Below are positions 50,883-60,442 of a stretch of 64,000 nucleotides of DNA, in pieces. This DNA is from Giardia intestinalis (lineage: Eukaryota). How positions within the stretch are numbered: the first letter of the stretch is position 1; each line of letters begins with the position of its first letter. The notes under the pieces are model-generated. The model did no database searches. It was not told the origin of the DNA and was given only the letters and a program-made list of their open reading frames with translations. The translations under genes and the position numbers were made by a program. The DNA lies in assembly GCA_000002435.2 (NCBI GenBank), contig CM018793.1. The stretch is one strand, 5' to 3'.

Positions 50883-52169
50883 TTACGGACTAAGTCCATT
50901 CGGTATGTGCATCTCAATAGGTATTGCCTGGTTGAATAAATATCCATAAAATCCGTGGTCCACAAGCCCAACTTCGTCTGGTAAAAACTCTCCTAGGTCG
51001 TGGGGCGATATTTCTGAAGCCAAGATTCTTTTATTTGTTTCCCCTGCTTGTTCATATGTGGTACATACTGTCTGGGCATATTCGCTCTCCTCTACTATAC
51101 TCAGCTCCCCACTTATTTGTGGCAACACACATCTTCCATCTCTGATGTGTACCGACTGCAGAAGGATGATCTTTCCAGGTACATACAAGTCTGCATCAGT
51201 GTACACGCTTCGGGATAGCTCTCTGGTTGTTATCTTCTTTCCTCGCTCTTTGTCTTCAGCAAGTATCTCCAGACGCTTGAGAAAGGTTTTTATTGAGTGC
51301 AAGCTAAGCCTAGAAATAGTATCGAAATCATAGACGTAATTGGTGGCCCATGACCGTGCATCATTGGCAAAACTCAGACCAGCCATAGCCGGGCAGCCGA
51401 AGCCAAGAGCCTTTAGATTGCTTGAGTTGTAAACTTCTGGATGGATTGAGATAAGATGGTGGCCCAGAGCCATGGCTACCCCTGCCCCCAGGCTGTGTCC
51501 GGTTATTATCAACTTGTAAGATTTGGCAGCATGATTCTTCTTGTAGTTCTGGAGTATAGGGTGAACGTTCTCGGCGACCCAGAGTGCTGCTTTTTGCATG
51601 CCTGCATGAAGAGTAACCCCGCTTTCCAATTCCGTTGATATAGCATCCAGGTTGAGAACTAAATCCCCTTTATTAACTGTGCCTCGAATGACCAAGAAAA
51701 AGCACGCTAAGGTCCTCTGTACAAGCAGTGCCCAGCCAGGCTGGTATGCCCGCGTACCCTTCATATTCGACGCCAGGTACTCCGCGTCTGCTATGTCTAC
51801 CAGCTCTGTCACCCGCTCACACTCCCACTTCGTCATTTGCCGGGAGTACTTCAAATGGGGAGCAGGCATATAGGTGGCCAACATACCCATTAACCTAACA
51901 ATGTATGGGGCGCTCTCGTCAAAAAAGCGATTAAACTCAGGTCCATATATCTTGCAGGAGAGCGTGCTGCAAAGTCTAACGAGGTTGAAGTCTATAAGCT
52001 CTTCTGTGCATTGGGAAAGGATGGGCACAATCTCTCGTGCTGGCAAAGCACCGTAACGGAACAGCCCCCTGATGTGTTTTTTCCGAGACTGTCCAATTGT
52101 GTTTTTCAGGACAATGATCATTGGCCATAAGGGCGTATGCCCGAACCCTAACATTTTACTTAAGAACAT
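50883..52169 (-). CDS. Class-3 (fungal-type) lipase / sn-1 diacylglycerol lipase-like alpha/beta hydrolase.
   Basis: The nucleophile elbow IITGHSLGAGVAMALG (GHSLG). 428 aa. Confidence 0.8.
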   Translation of the reverse strand: MFLSKMLGFGHTPLWPMIIVLKNTIGQSRKKHIRGLFRYGALPAREIVPILSQCTEELIDFNLVRLCSTLSCKIYGPEFNRFFDESAPYIVRLMGMLATYMPAPHLKYSRQMTKWECERVTELVDIADAEYLASNMKGTRAYQPGWALLVQRTLACFFLVIRGTVNKGDLVLNLDAISTELESGVTLHAGMQKAALWVAENVHPILQNYKKNHAAKSYKLIITGHSLGAGVAMALGHHLISIHPEVYNSSNLKALGFGCPAMAGLSFANDARSWATNYVYDFDTISRLSLHSIKTFLKRLEILAEDKERGKKITTRELSRSVYTDADLYVPGKIILLQSVHIRDGRCVLPQISGELSIVEESEYAQTVCTTYEQAGETNKRILASEISPHDLGEFLPDEVGLVDHGFYGYLFNQAIPIEMHIPNGLSP

Positions 52170-52275
52170 GGTTCACAACCTTGCGAAGAATATGAGATTT
52201 ATATTAGTTTTGGTTTGGAAGATACTTAAATCGACGATGAATAAAAACTGACTAGTCACACAGTTACTACCAGTT

Positions 52276-53139
52276 TCAGATGTTCAATGGGAACACTTTC
52301 TTATGTCCATTTTTAACATGTATACTTTCTAACAGCCTTCCAACTTTTTCATACTGTAATTGTGCGTCACGTGACACGGTCTCCAGTGTCTTCTTTAATT
52401 CTGCGTCCTTCTCTAGGGATACATAAAGCTCCACAAAGTCATAACTTGCACCTATTTCCTCCTCATCTGTTTGACCTTCCCAAAGGTCAGCACTGGGCGG
52501 TGCATCCAAAATAGATTCAGGGAGACCTAGGTACCTGCCAACTGCAAACACCTCACTCTTATGCAAATCGTGAATCAGTTGGATGTCTGAAACGCCATCT
52601 CCTGCCTTAGAAAAGTAGTAGAGAAAGCCGTCCTCATCATAGTTTCCTGTCCCCACGACTACAGATGGCGTGCCCTCCTGAGAAAGAAGTTGCGCTACGT
52701 AGAAGGCGGCAGGCGTCCGCATATACGACTTAAGGTTACCTCTTGCAAACTCCTTGCCCCTAATACCGCAAGCGTCTTCTACTAGCGATGTCAGTGACAT
52801 AAAGATGTCTGTCTGATCAACCGTTACTATCTCTCCATAGCTGGACAGCTCATAGGCACGATTCTGGATCGATGCTGTTGACAAAATAGGCTGAGCCAGC
52901 CCAAGGACTCTAGTGATAGGGGACTTTTCTGCGGCCTTCGAACGAGCAAGCAAAGCAAAAGTGACGGCAGAATCAATGCCTCCAGAGAGATTCACGATAC
53001 ATCCTGCAATTCCTGTTTTCCTTGCATACTCATTCAATGCATCTACCTTCTTGGCAACCCATACGCTAGGGCTGAATGCCCTCTTTTTTCGGACGCCCGC
53101 AAGTAGCTCTCGAAGCTCTGGGTGCATCTCCTCGGCCAT
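52276..53139 (-). CDS. NH3-dependent NAD+ synthetase (NadE-type PP-loop ATP pyrophosphatase).
   Basis: CIVNLSGGIDSAVTFAL matches the SGGxDS PP-loop. LDAPPSADLWEGQTDEEEIGASYDFVELY matches the NadE P-loop-distal motif. The track start is TTG; ATG is at 53137-53139. Confidence 0.85.
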   Translation of the reverse strand: MAEEMHPELRELLAGVRKKRAFSPSVWVAKKVDALNEYARKTGIAGCIVNLSGGIDSAVTFALLARSKAAEKSPITRVLGLAQPILSTASIQNRAYELSSYGEIVTVDQTDIFMSLTSLVEDACGIRGKEFARGNLKSYMRTPAAFYVAQLLSQEGTPSVVVGTGNYDEDGFLYYFSKAGDGVSDIQLIHDLHKSEVFAVGRYLGLPESILDAPPSADLWEGQTDEEEIGASYDFVELYVSLEKDAELKKTLETVSRDAQLQYEKVGRLLESIHVKNGHKKVFPLNI

Positions 53140-53205
53140 TTTCCTCAAACGGATTTTTTGTCTTTGTCAACAGTCACACCCTACTGCCCTCATCTCTCTC
53201 CTCTA

Positions 53206-54378
53206 CTATAGGTTATCATTGGACCTGTGAGAAATAACAGCATCAATGGACTCTGCAATCATTTGACGTACTTGTCCAACAGTTGGACGATTGTGATCTT
53301 GTGAAAGGGACCGCTCGGCATTGAGTTGTGCTTGAGTTCGCCTTTGCATGGCTTGGAAATCAAGATGGTCTACCTTTCGGATAATGTCTGCCTCTATGTT
53401 AGATAGGCGAGAACCAAAAGATTGTATTTCGCGGAGTATTTGACTGTAGGTCTTAGTGGTTTCCTCAGGACCATCTGAACGCAGCAATTTGACATCTGCC
53501 ATGGCAGCGTCTGCCGATGCACAGGCTTTAGATATGGTGGCCGTATTGGCCCTCACCAGTACTTCTAGCTCGCTGATTTGCTCCTGAAGCTTATCCATTA
53601 CTACAGAAACGCTCGTGCGAATAGTTTCTTCGAGTGCTTGCTGCTGAGCGATAATTTTCAATTCTATCTTAGACATGCGACTCAGTATACCATCGTCTGC
53701 AGATACTTCTTGCTTAAATTGATTGAAGGTCTCTGCTTTTAGGTAGGGATCGAGAATTGCAGGCAACCTGGTGATATCTACCTTTGCAAGCAATGCGTCT
53801 GACACGCTCTCTGCATCTGCCTTCTCACTCATAACATCAGCAAGGGATTCCTGGAGAGAGGTAACCATGCCGGCAATCTCTTCAAAGCGCTGCTTTATTG
53901 TTGCTATGACAGTGCGCTTGTTCGCCTTGCTTTGTAGTGCCTCTTCGATGGAGCTGATCTTGGCATAGATAGGGGACAGCTCCAGCGCAATTTGCTCTGC
54001 CAGTGCAACACTTAAACCGCCTTTGGAGACTCTATCCTTTGGAGAAAAGTCTTGGAGGGATTCTTGCAATTCGGAGAGTAACTGTTGCTTTAGCTGATTT
54101 ATAAACGGAGCCGTCGGCTGCCAGAGATTGTTTAATACCTGTGTGATTGATGCTTTCAGTGTGTCGTAGTCTCTGCTAGTAGGATAGTTAGCAAGCAGCT
54201 GAGTGGTTTTCAGGAGCTGTTCTCGCAGAAGAGCGTTCTCTGATTGCAGGTTCGCGCACTTTTTCTCTACCTCCGTGCACTTCACCTCCAGTAGAGAAAT
54301 GCTCGAACGTATCTGCTGTAGCTCCTTTGTAACTATGTCTGGGATGTTGTAAAAGGGATCTTCACGAGCATGAGCCAT
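53206..54378 (-). CDS. Coiled-coil protein, hypothetical.
   Basis: The track start is GTG; the first ATG gives MAHAREDPFYN. Heptad-rich and Leu/Glu/Gln-rich throughout. Confidence 0.5.
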   Translation of the reverse strand: MAHAREDPFYNIPDIVTKELQQIRSSISLLEVKCTEVEKKCANLQSENALLREQLLKTTQLLANYPTSRDYDTLKASITQVLNNLWQPTAPFINQLKQQLLSELQESLQDFSPKDRVSKGGLSVALAEQIALELSPIYAKISSIEEALQSKANKRTVIATIKQRFEEIAGMVTSLQESLADVMSEKADAESVSDALLAKVDITRLPAILDPYLKAETFNQFKQEVSADDGILSRMSKIELKIIAQQQALEETIRTSVSVVMDKLQEQISELEVLVRANTATISKACASADAAMADVKLLRSDGPEETTKTYSQILREIQSFGSRLSNIEADIIRKVDHLDFQAMQRRTQAQLNAERSLSQDHNRPTVGQVRQMIAESIDAVISHRSNDNL

Positions 54379-54471
54379 GCTGCACGCCGAAGGAACGCTC
54401 TTTTTTAATCCCACAACCAGCCCCTCCCAGAAGTAGGCTGCAAGGAAATGCCAGTCAATAAATTCACAGGG

Positions 54472-55209
54472 TCACGCGGCTGTGCCAGCGGAGAGCTTAG
54501 ACTTCTTCCCCAGATCGCGTGTGCTATGCCGCTCTACATGCACGCGGTACGTGTCGCCCGTCGTTTTAATTCCGACTATGATGTTGCGTTCTCCGTACTT
54601 GCTACATGCCATCGCTGTAAAAAGAGCAGCCACAACAGTCTGAAGAACAAAGGACCAAGAGGCAAGGACACACATGACGACACCAATAAAAGTGTTTGTA
54701 CTGTTGGTAACGACGCTTCCGTTGTTGTCAAACACAGCGAAAAGAGGCTTCTTTGCGGGTCCTTCCCCATCGAGGCCCATCTTGACCAGTTTGTCGATGA
54801 AGTTGGTAAATGAGGAAATGTCGACATCCTCTGGGACGAGAGAAATAACAAAGCTGAGAGTCTCCTTTGGCCGGCATATGATGTAGTAGACAGAAATAAG
54901 GAAGGAGAGTCCGAAAAAGACAAGATGCGAAATAATCCATCCGGATTTGAAGGCCAGATTCAAACGAAGCCGAGTCATCTCCACAATGTAGAGATATAGA
55001 AATCCAATAGGGATGGCGAAGATAGCGATGATATCGAGGATCTCTGATTGAAATGTAAAGCTCTTGGTGATGACGCCCTGGATGTCATATGTATAATTCC
55101 CAAAACCCAAGAAGAAGACCAGGGTGGTACAGGCAATAACGACAATGCACGCAAAAGAGCCAACTCTAGTGCTAGATGGTATCGTTAGCAAGACACGAGT
55201 AACTGCCAT
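54472..55209 (-). CDS. Small multi-pass (about 4 TM) membrane protein, hypothetical.
   Basis: The track start is TTG; ATG is at 55207-55209. Four hydrophobic segments (for example FACIVVIACTTLVFFLGF and IIAIFAIPIGFLYLYIV). Confidence 0.5.
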   Translation of the reverse strand: MAVTRVLLTIPSSTRVGSFACIVVIACTTLVFFLGFGNYTYDIQGVITKSFTFQSEILDIIAIFAIPIGFLYLYIVEMTRLRLNLAFKSGWIISHLVFFGLSFLISVYYIICRPKETLSFVISLVPEDVDISSFTNFIDKLVKMGLDGEGPAKKPLFAVFDNNGSVVTNSTNTFIGVVMCVLASWSFVLQTVVAALFTAMACSKYGERNIIVGIKTTGDTYRVHVERHSTRDLGKKSKLSAGTAA

Positions 55210-55559
55210 TTTTTGACGCCCCAATTATTCGCCACACGCACACGTCACTCGGAACTGTGTGCAAGTCTTATTTGTTTTTCGATTCATATACTGCCCTCCC
55301 TTATTAACTAACAATCCTAGCAGCTTTATTCGCGTTCTGTATCATTGTCAGACAGGTTTATAATGTATGCCGTTTATAATAGAATCTTATCAGCATGTTG
55401 AGCAGCACTTGTTCTGGATAGGGAGTATCATCAATTGTCCCATGTTCCTCTTTGATGGGTACCAATGGGTACATCCCCTGTCGCTACTTTGCAAGTTTTC
55501 ACTTTGTCTCAGATTCACACTTTAGAGGTAAGCTTTCTAAGGTCATAAAGTAGCGCCAC

Positions 55560-57998
55560 TCAGTTCTTCTTTCGGAAAACGAAAAACCAAACCAGCACAG
55601 CCGCCACACCGCCGACGACAAGGACCACGCCGATGGCGATGCCAGAGATGGCCCCCGACGAGAGGGCGGACTTTTTGGAGGTGTTGTCGTACTCCAGACA
55701 TATGGGTGTGGCTGCACCCTCTGGAACCACGCAGAGGCTGCACTTGGAGATCACCTTGTGACACGCCTTGCACGTGCTCTCGGAGAAGTAGTACCCGGCC
55801 AGGCAGTCGAAGCATGCCTCCCCATGAGGACAGGTGGCGCAGCCCTTGGAGCACGCCTTGCACGCCCCCTTCTCCAGGTAGAACCCGCTGTTGCAGGCGC
55901 TGCAGACCCCACCGCTACACGTTGCACAGTTCGTCGGGCATGTAAGGAGCGTTCCGTTGTACGTTATCCCGTACCCGGCCACGGTGCTATCACACCAGCC
56001 GTCGCTCGCCTTCGTGCAGACAGTCTTCCCGGGGAGGAGCGTGGAGGTGTAGCACCCCCCGTTGAGGCTGAAGGAGTTCGAGCTGCAGAGAGCACATCTA
56101 CCGGCGGCGACATTCGCGCACGCGATGCCAGCCGCCCGCGAGCTGGAGGAGGTGCACGCCCCGTTGTTGGGGTACTCCGTGCTCTTGACACAGCGCGAGC
56201 AGTAGCTGGTCCCGCCCACCGTGAGCCCGCACTCTGCGCAGCTGCTGTCCTGCACGCACTGCGGGACGCACGATCCCTTGGCACCGTCGCTGTACTCCAA
56301 CCGCTTCCTGACAGGGCAGGAGGTGCAGTCATCGGATGCCGGTCCGCTGCACGTGGCGCACTCAGAGCTACACGGCTTGCATCCTCCCGAGCCCTCGACG
56401 TAGAACCCGTCCCTGCACGTCTTGCACTTGGATTCCGACTCGCAGACTGCGCAGTTGCCGAGCGTGCACGCCACGCACCTCGAGACGCCGCCCACGGTGG
56501 CCTTGTAGTACCCGGCGGAGCCCAAGCAGTCCTTCACGCACAGACCGTGGAGGTCGAGGCTGTTGTCATCGGTACACTTTGTGCACACGTCTCTGTCCTC
56601 GCACGTGTCGCAGTTGGGGTCCTTGCACTTGGTCGCCACGCACTGACTGCCGGAGAGTGTGTAGCCATACTTGCACCTCTTACAGCTCGACTCGTCGCAC
56701 TCAGCGCAGTTCTCCACCGCGCACCCGACGCACTTCCCGTCCTTCAGATAGGACCCGTCATCGCATGTGCAGATGTGGATCGAGGATGAGGACCCCTGTA
56801 TGCCCTTCTGCCCCTTGGGACAGCTGGCCAGGCAGCTCCTCTTATCCAGGCTCAGGTAGAGGTCGCGGCACTCCAGACACTGAAGACCACTGTCCTTCAT
56901 CTCACACCTTTGGCATCCCTCTATTCCCCCGTTGGCTGAGTCCCCGCAGCGCCAGCATCCGTTGTTCTTGGTGAACACCTCTTTGGTTGAACTGTTACAT
57001 GTGGTGCAAACGTTGCCCTGCATTGCTTGACAAATCTGAGATTCTATTCGACCCGAAACATCTTTAAATAAGTAGCATCCACCATAAAACAAGAAGTATT
57101 GCCTTTTGCCCTCATTCTTACAAGACGTACACCTTCCCGATTCAGGATCCTTTACGCAAATGTCTTCAAACTCAGTTATTGATAGACAGAGGCCATTCAG
57201 AGGTATTTCTAACGGGTTGGTGCAGCGAGAGCATAGAGCTTGCCCAGACATCTCCATGATATTCTCCGGTAGACAGATGCTGTTGCTTATTGGAGTATCT
57301 CTGGCATAACAAGCATAAAAGCTCCAAATGTGTGTTTCGGGACAGTATCCACAAAGACCATTGCTTGCACCTTCAGTGATGTGCTTACATCGATAATCAT
57401 ACGAGCATGTATTTTTGTGGTCTGAACATTGGTAGCAATTTGGGACCACTTCTTGCTTTATCCTTGAAGAGTTACAAACTAGACACCCATATATCCCACT
57501 ATATCCACCAAAACCCACAGTGTCTCCGCATGAGATGCATCGCTCGGGAGCGCTAGTGTTGGGGTTGGTGAGGACTGCAGATGGGCGCATTCCGTTTGCT
57601 TTTGCACATTCTACACATATCCCCTTTTCTGCTCGTTCACAAATGAACTTTGTCCAGTCTTGAGATAAATTATAGCACCCACCGTAAAAGACAAAATGGT
57701 CATCGCCGCACTTAGTGCACCATCCGCCTGTTTGAGATTTAGCACAGCCAGACCGAGTAGCCTTGGAATCTCCAGCCAGAACACACTTGCCATCAATCGG
57801 TACGTATCCAGACTCGCATTCTGTACAAAGAAATTGCGAGATTACACCCAATATGCAACTATTTGGAAGGCAATTTGGTATTTTACCTTCGCAGAAGTAT
57901 CCAAACCCATTGCGATATATAGGTGCCTCTTCAGAGAAGAACTCTGCCAGAAGACAGACCAATAGCAGAACTGATAAAGATCGTGACATGCTGAGCAT
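55560..57998 (-). CDS. High cysteine membrane protein (HCMP, VSP-related), 812 aa.
   Basis: Signal peptide MLSMSRSLSVLLLVCLLAEF. CXXC and GGCY repeats occur throughout (FYGGCYNLSQ, FLFYGGCYLFK, LNGGCYTSTLLPGKTVC). A single C-terminal TM, ISGIAIGVVLVVGGVAAVLVWFFVF, is followed by RKKN rather than CRGKA. Confidence 0.85.
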   Translation of the reverse strand: MLSMSRSLSVLLLVCLLAEFFSEEAPIYRNGFGYFCEGKIPNCLPNSCILGVISQFLCTECESGYVPIDGKCVLAGDSKATRSGCAKSQTGGWCTKCGDDHFVFYGGCYNLSQDWTKFICERAEKGICVECAKANGMRPSAVLTNPNTSAPERCISCGDTVGFGGYSGIYGCLVCNSSRIKQEVVPNCYQCSDHKNTCSYDYRCKHITEGASNGLCGYCPETHIWSFYACYARDTPISNSICLPENIMEMSGQALCSRCTNPLEIPLNGLCLSITEFEDICVKDPESGRCTSCKNEGKRQYFLFYGGCYLFKDVSGRIESQICQAMQGNVCTTCNSSTKEVFTKNNGCWRCGDSANGGIEGCQRCEMKDSGLQCLECRDLYLSLDKRSCLASCPKGQKGIQGSSSSIHICTCDDGSYLKDGKCVGCAVENCAECDESSCKRCKYGYTLSGSQCVATKCKDPNCDTCEDRDVCTKCTDDNSLDLHGLCVKDCLGSAGYYKATVGGVSRCVACTLGNCAVCESESKCKTCRDGFYVEGSGGCKPCSSECATCSGPASDDCTSCPVRKRLEYSDGAKGSCVPQCVQDSSCAECGLTVGGTSYCSRCVKSTEYPNNGACTSSSSRAAGIACANVAAGRCALCSSNSFSLNGGCYTSTLLPGKTVCTKASDGWCDSTVAGYGITYNGTLLTCPTNCATCSGGVCSACNSGFYLEKGACKACSKGCATCPHGEACFDCLAGYYFSESTCKACHKVISKCSLCVVPEGAATPICLEYDNTSKKSALSSGAISGIAIGVVLVVGGVAAVLVWFFVFRKKN

Positions 57999-59569
57999 TA
58001 TTATTTATCAAATACCTATAGAATTTACATGCAATGAAGTAAGCAGGTTATTGGGAAACCAGTTTCAGAAACAAGATTATTGAATCAACCTCCCTCACGA
58101 TCCCTGGAAGAAGAGCATGGGCGCGTTATTTGTAGAAAAACTCACTCTACTTACACGAATCACTCGGTTACACGACAGCCTAGACATAGACTGTCTAAGC
58201 TCCACAACAAAAGACGTCATTCTATTCTGCCTGTATTCATTGTTAAAGAGACTACTTACGCTACAGTATTGGCATATTGATGTCCTGGTGCTCCCGCAAG
58301 GTCTACGGTGCAGAGGGCTCCTCAGTGGAGATGCACTGGACGAACGCGTCTGGCACATAATGTATCTCACCAAGGGCTCTTCAGCTTCATGAACACCATT
58401 TCGGGTCGTGAGTGGGCACCTGTGGGCAGGCTCTTAGGGAGCTGCATGGCTTCAGGTAGTTGTCCATTCTATGACCTGGACAAGTCACGCGCCAAGGGCC
58501 AGCACTAACACCTCTGATAAGTAGGGTGCTATGAGGATAGCACTCCAAGGTCCGCTGGATGTCTGGGAGCACCAGCTCGCCAGAAGGCATCATTTGCCAG
58601 CACAGGCTATCCAGGTCTTCTTTTCTGAAAGGGATCGTGGCCATGGGGTTGTGTCTTTCTGCCCACCGGTGCCTCATTGTCCACAAGGCCCTCAATGCTT
58701 GAAGCATCGAGCCCAGAAGATGTCCAGTCATCAGAGTGCTGGCCCCTGCAATGACCGTTCGAGACTCTTCAGCGCAGATCCAGTGTCGGGAGAATCTTCA
58801 TCTCTTTCCAGAGGCACAGCACATCCAGCGAATCGTCGTCTGAGGCCTTCCCTGCACCCACTCAACAGTCTCTATAGAGGGGCCTGACACGTGACCCTCT
58901 GCAGGCTGTGCTGATTAAGGGTGCTGCTATTGCGTGATGGCATGGTCCTCCTCTCCCTTACCTGTAGGTGAGACAGCCGATCACTACCAGCCTTTCGTAC
59001 CCGCTGACGTGCACGGCACAGCAAGACCATTGACTGCATGCTACCGTGTTCACCTATGAACCGGGCGTGGGCAGAGCAGGGTGTCGCGGTCTGGTGGTGC
59101 CCAGAAGCTATGCAGAGGCAATGGGCCTTCGGTAGAGATGGCCTCAGGTAGAAGCTCGGTTGCACAGATGGAATGCAAGGTGGAGCACAATAGAATCCAT
59201 GTAACTTCTCGCAGAGTATGTATCTGGCTTTCGGACGCTAATAATGACGCCACTTTTGTACTCATTTGTATGAAGAAGTACATTGGTTGTGCTTCTATGT
59301 TTCAGTTACACAAAGACAAAGCATAAGAGCTGCCAGATGGCCATCACTACTCTGTAGCTAAAGAATGAAGTATACGATGCTTCCATATGGGCCCTTACGG
59401 GTATGCATACTGTCAATCTATCGACTAATATGTCGTGCTGTTGCATGTCATGGAAGCGATGCCAGATGATCATCTTGCAAACAATCAAGTATGATATTGC
59501 GGTAAAATATACGGAGAAGAGTCACGTTTCGTAATGACAGCCAACAGCTGCATACTATTGAATTTACAA

Positions 59570-60373
59570 TCAGGACTTCTTCTCCAGTCCGAATGACTTC
59601 TTCATCCACGAGAAGGTGCTAAACTTGGGTGTTGCAGGGACTGTGAGCTTTTTAGCAGACTTTGCCGGCACAAAAGGGTGCTCAACCTTATGCCATTCAC
59701 GAGCCCGAAAGCGGTTCTTTTCATACTCTTCCTTCAGATCCCTGAGCTCATTTTCATGTATCACCCGTTTTCTTTCCTCCTCTTCGCGCTTTTCTTGTTC
59801 CATCTTCTTCTTCACAAAATCGTCAAATGCTTGCCTTTTCACTGCCTGCATAGCTGTGTGTAAACGAACGTGGTGGGCCTCGCGCAAGTTCTGAGTTTGT
59901 ACGTTGTGGTGGCACTCGTCAGTGACAGACTCGTCACCGTTGTACGGATCAACTAGTGGCATTGATTTCTTTGCAATGAAAGGGACACGTATGCTACGCA
60001 TAAATCTCATAAAGTAGTTGCTTGATGCTTGGGGTCGTACGTGCTTGCTTCGACGATGATCCTGTTGCTTCCAGGCCGCAAACGCTTCGCGTTGCTCGTC
60101 AGTGTAGAAGTCCTTCGGGAGCTGAATAGGTTTATCAAATGAGTGCACCTTGTTAGCATTGCTGAGCCGGCTCTTTTGCACTCCACTTCGGGCTCGAAGC
60201 TCGTGGCTAATATTCAAAGCCAGCTTATCATCTGCTGTATCTTTGTGCTCTGCAAGGTTTTGCATGACCTTGCGCCGCATGCTCCTTGCAAGTTTCCACG
60301 ATTCGTTCATTTCCCTAATCTCTGAAAGTCGCCCCATGGAGACCGGTGCGACGCCTGCTCCCTGCCTGGGCAT
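59570..60373 (-). CDS. Hypothetical basic, charged coiled-coil protein (267 aa).
   Basis: The track start is GTG; the first in-frame ATG is at 60371-60373. KREEEERKRVIHENELRDLKEEYEK. Divergent from EFHC, with a 69-bp gap. Confidence 0.45.
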   Translation of the reverse strand: MPRQGAGVAPVSMGRLSEIREMNESWKLARSMRRKVMQNLAEHKDTADDKLALNISHELRARSGVQKSRLSNANKVHSFDKPIQLPKDFYTDEQREAFAAWKQQDHRRSKHVRPQASSNYFMRFMRSIRVPFIAKKSMPLVDPYNGDESVTDECHHNVQTQNLREAHHVRLHTAMQAVKRQAFDDFVKKKMEQEKREEEERKRVIHENELRDLKEEYEKNRFRAREWHKVEHPFVPAKSAKKLTVPATPKFSTFSWMKKSFGLEKKS

Positions 60374-60442
60374 TTCAGTTTTCCATGGCACAAAAAAAAC
60401 GAGAGCGCAAAATCTCTGAGCAAAACTTTAAACTAAATTTTG

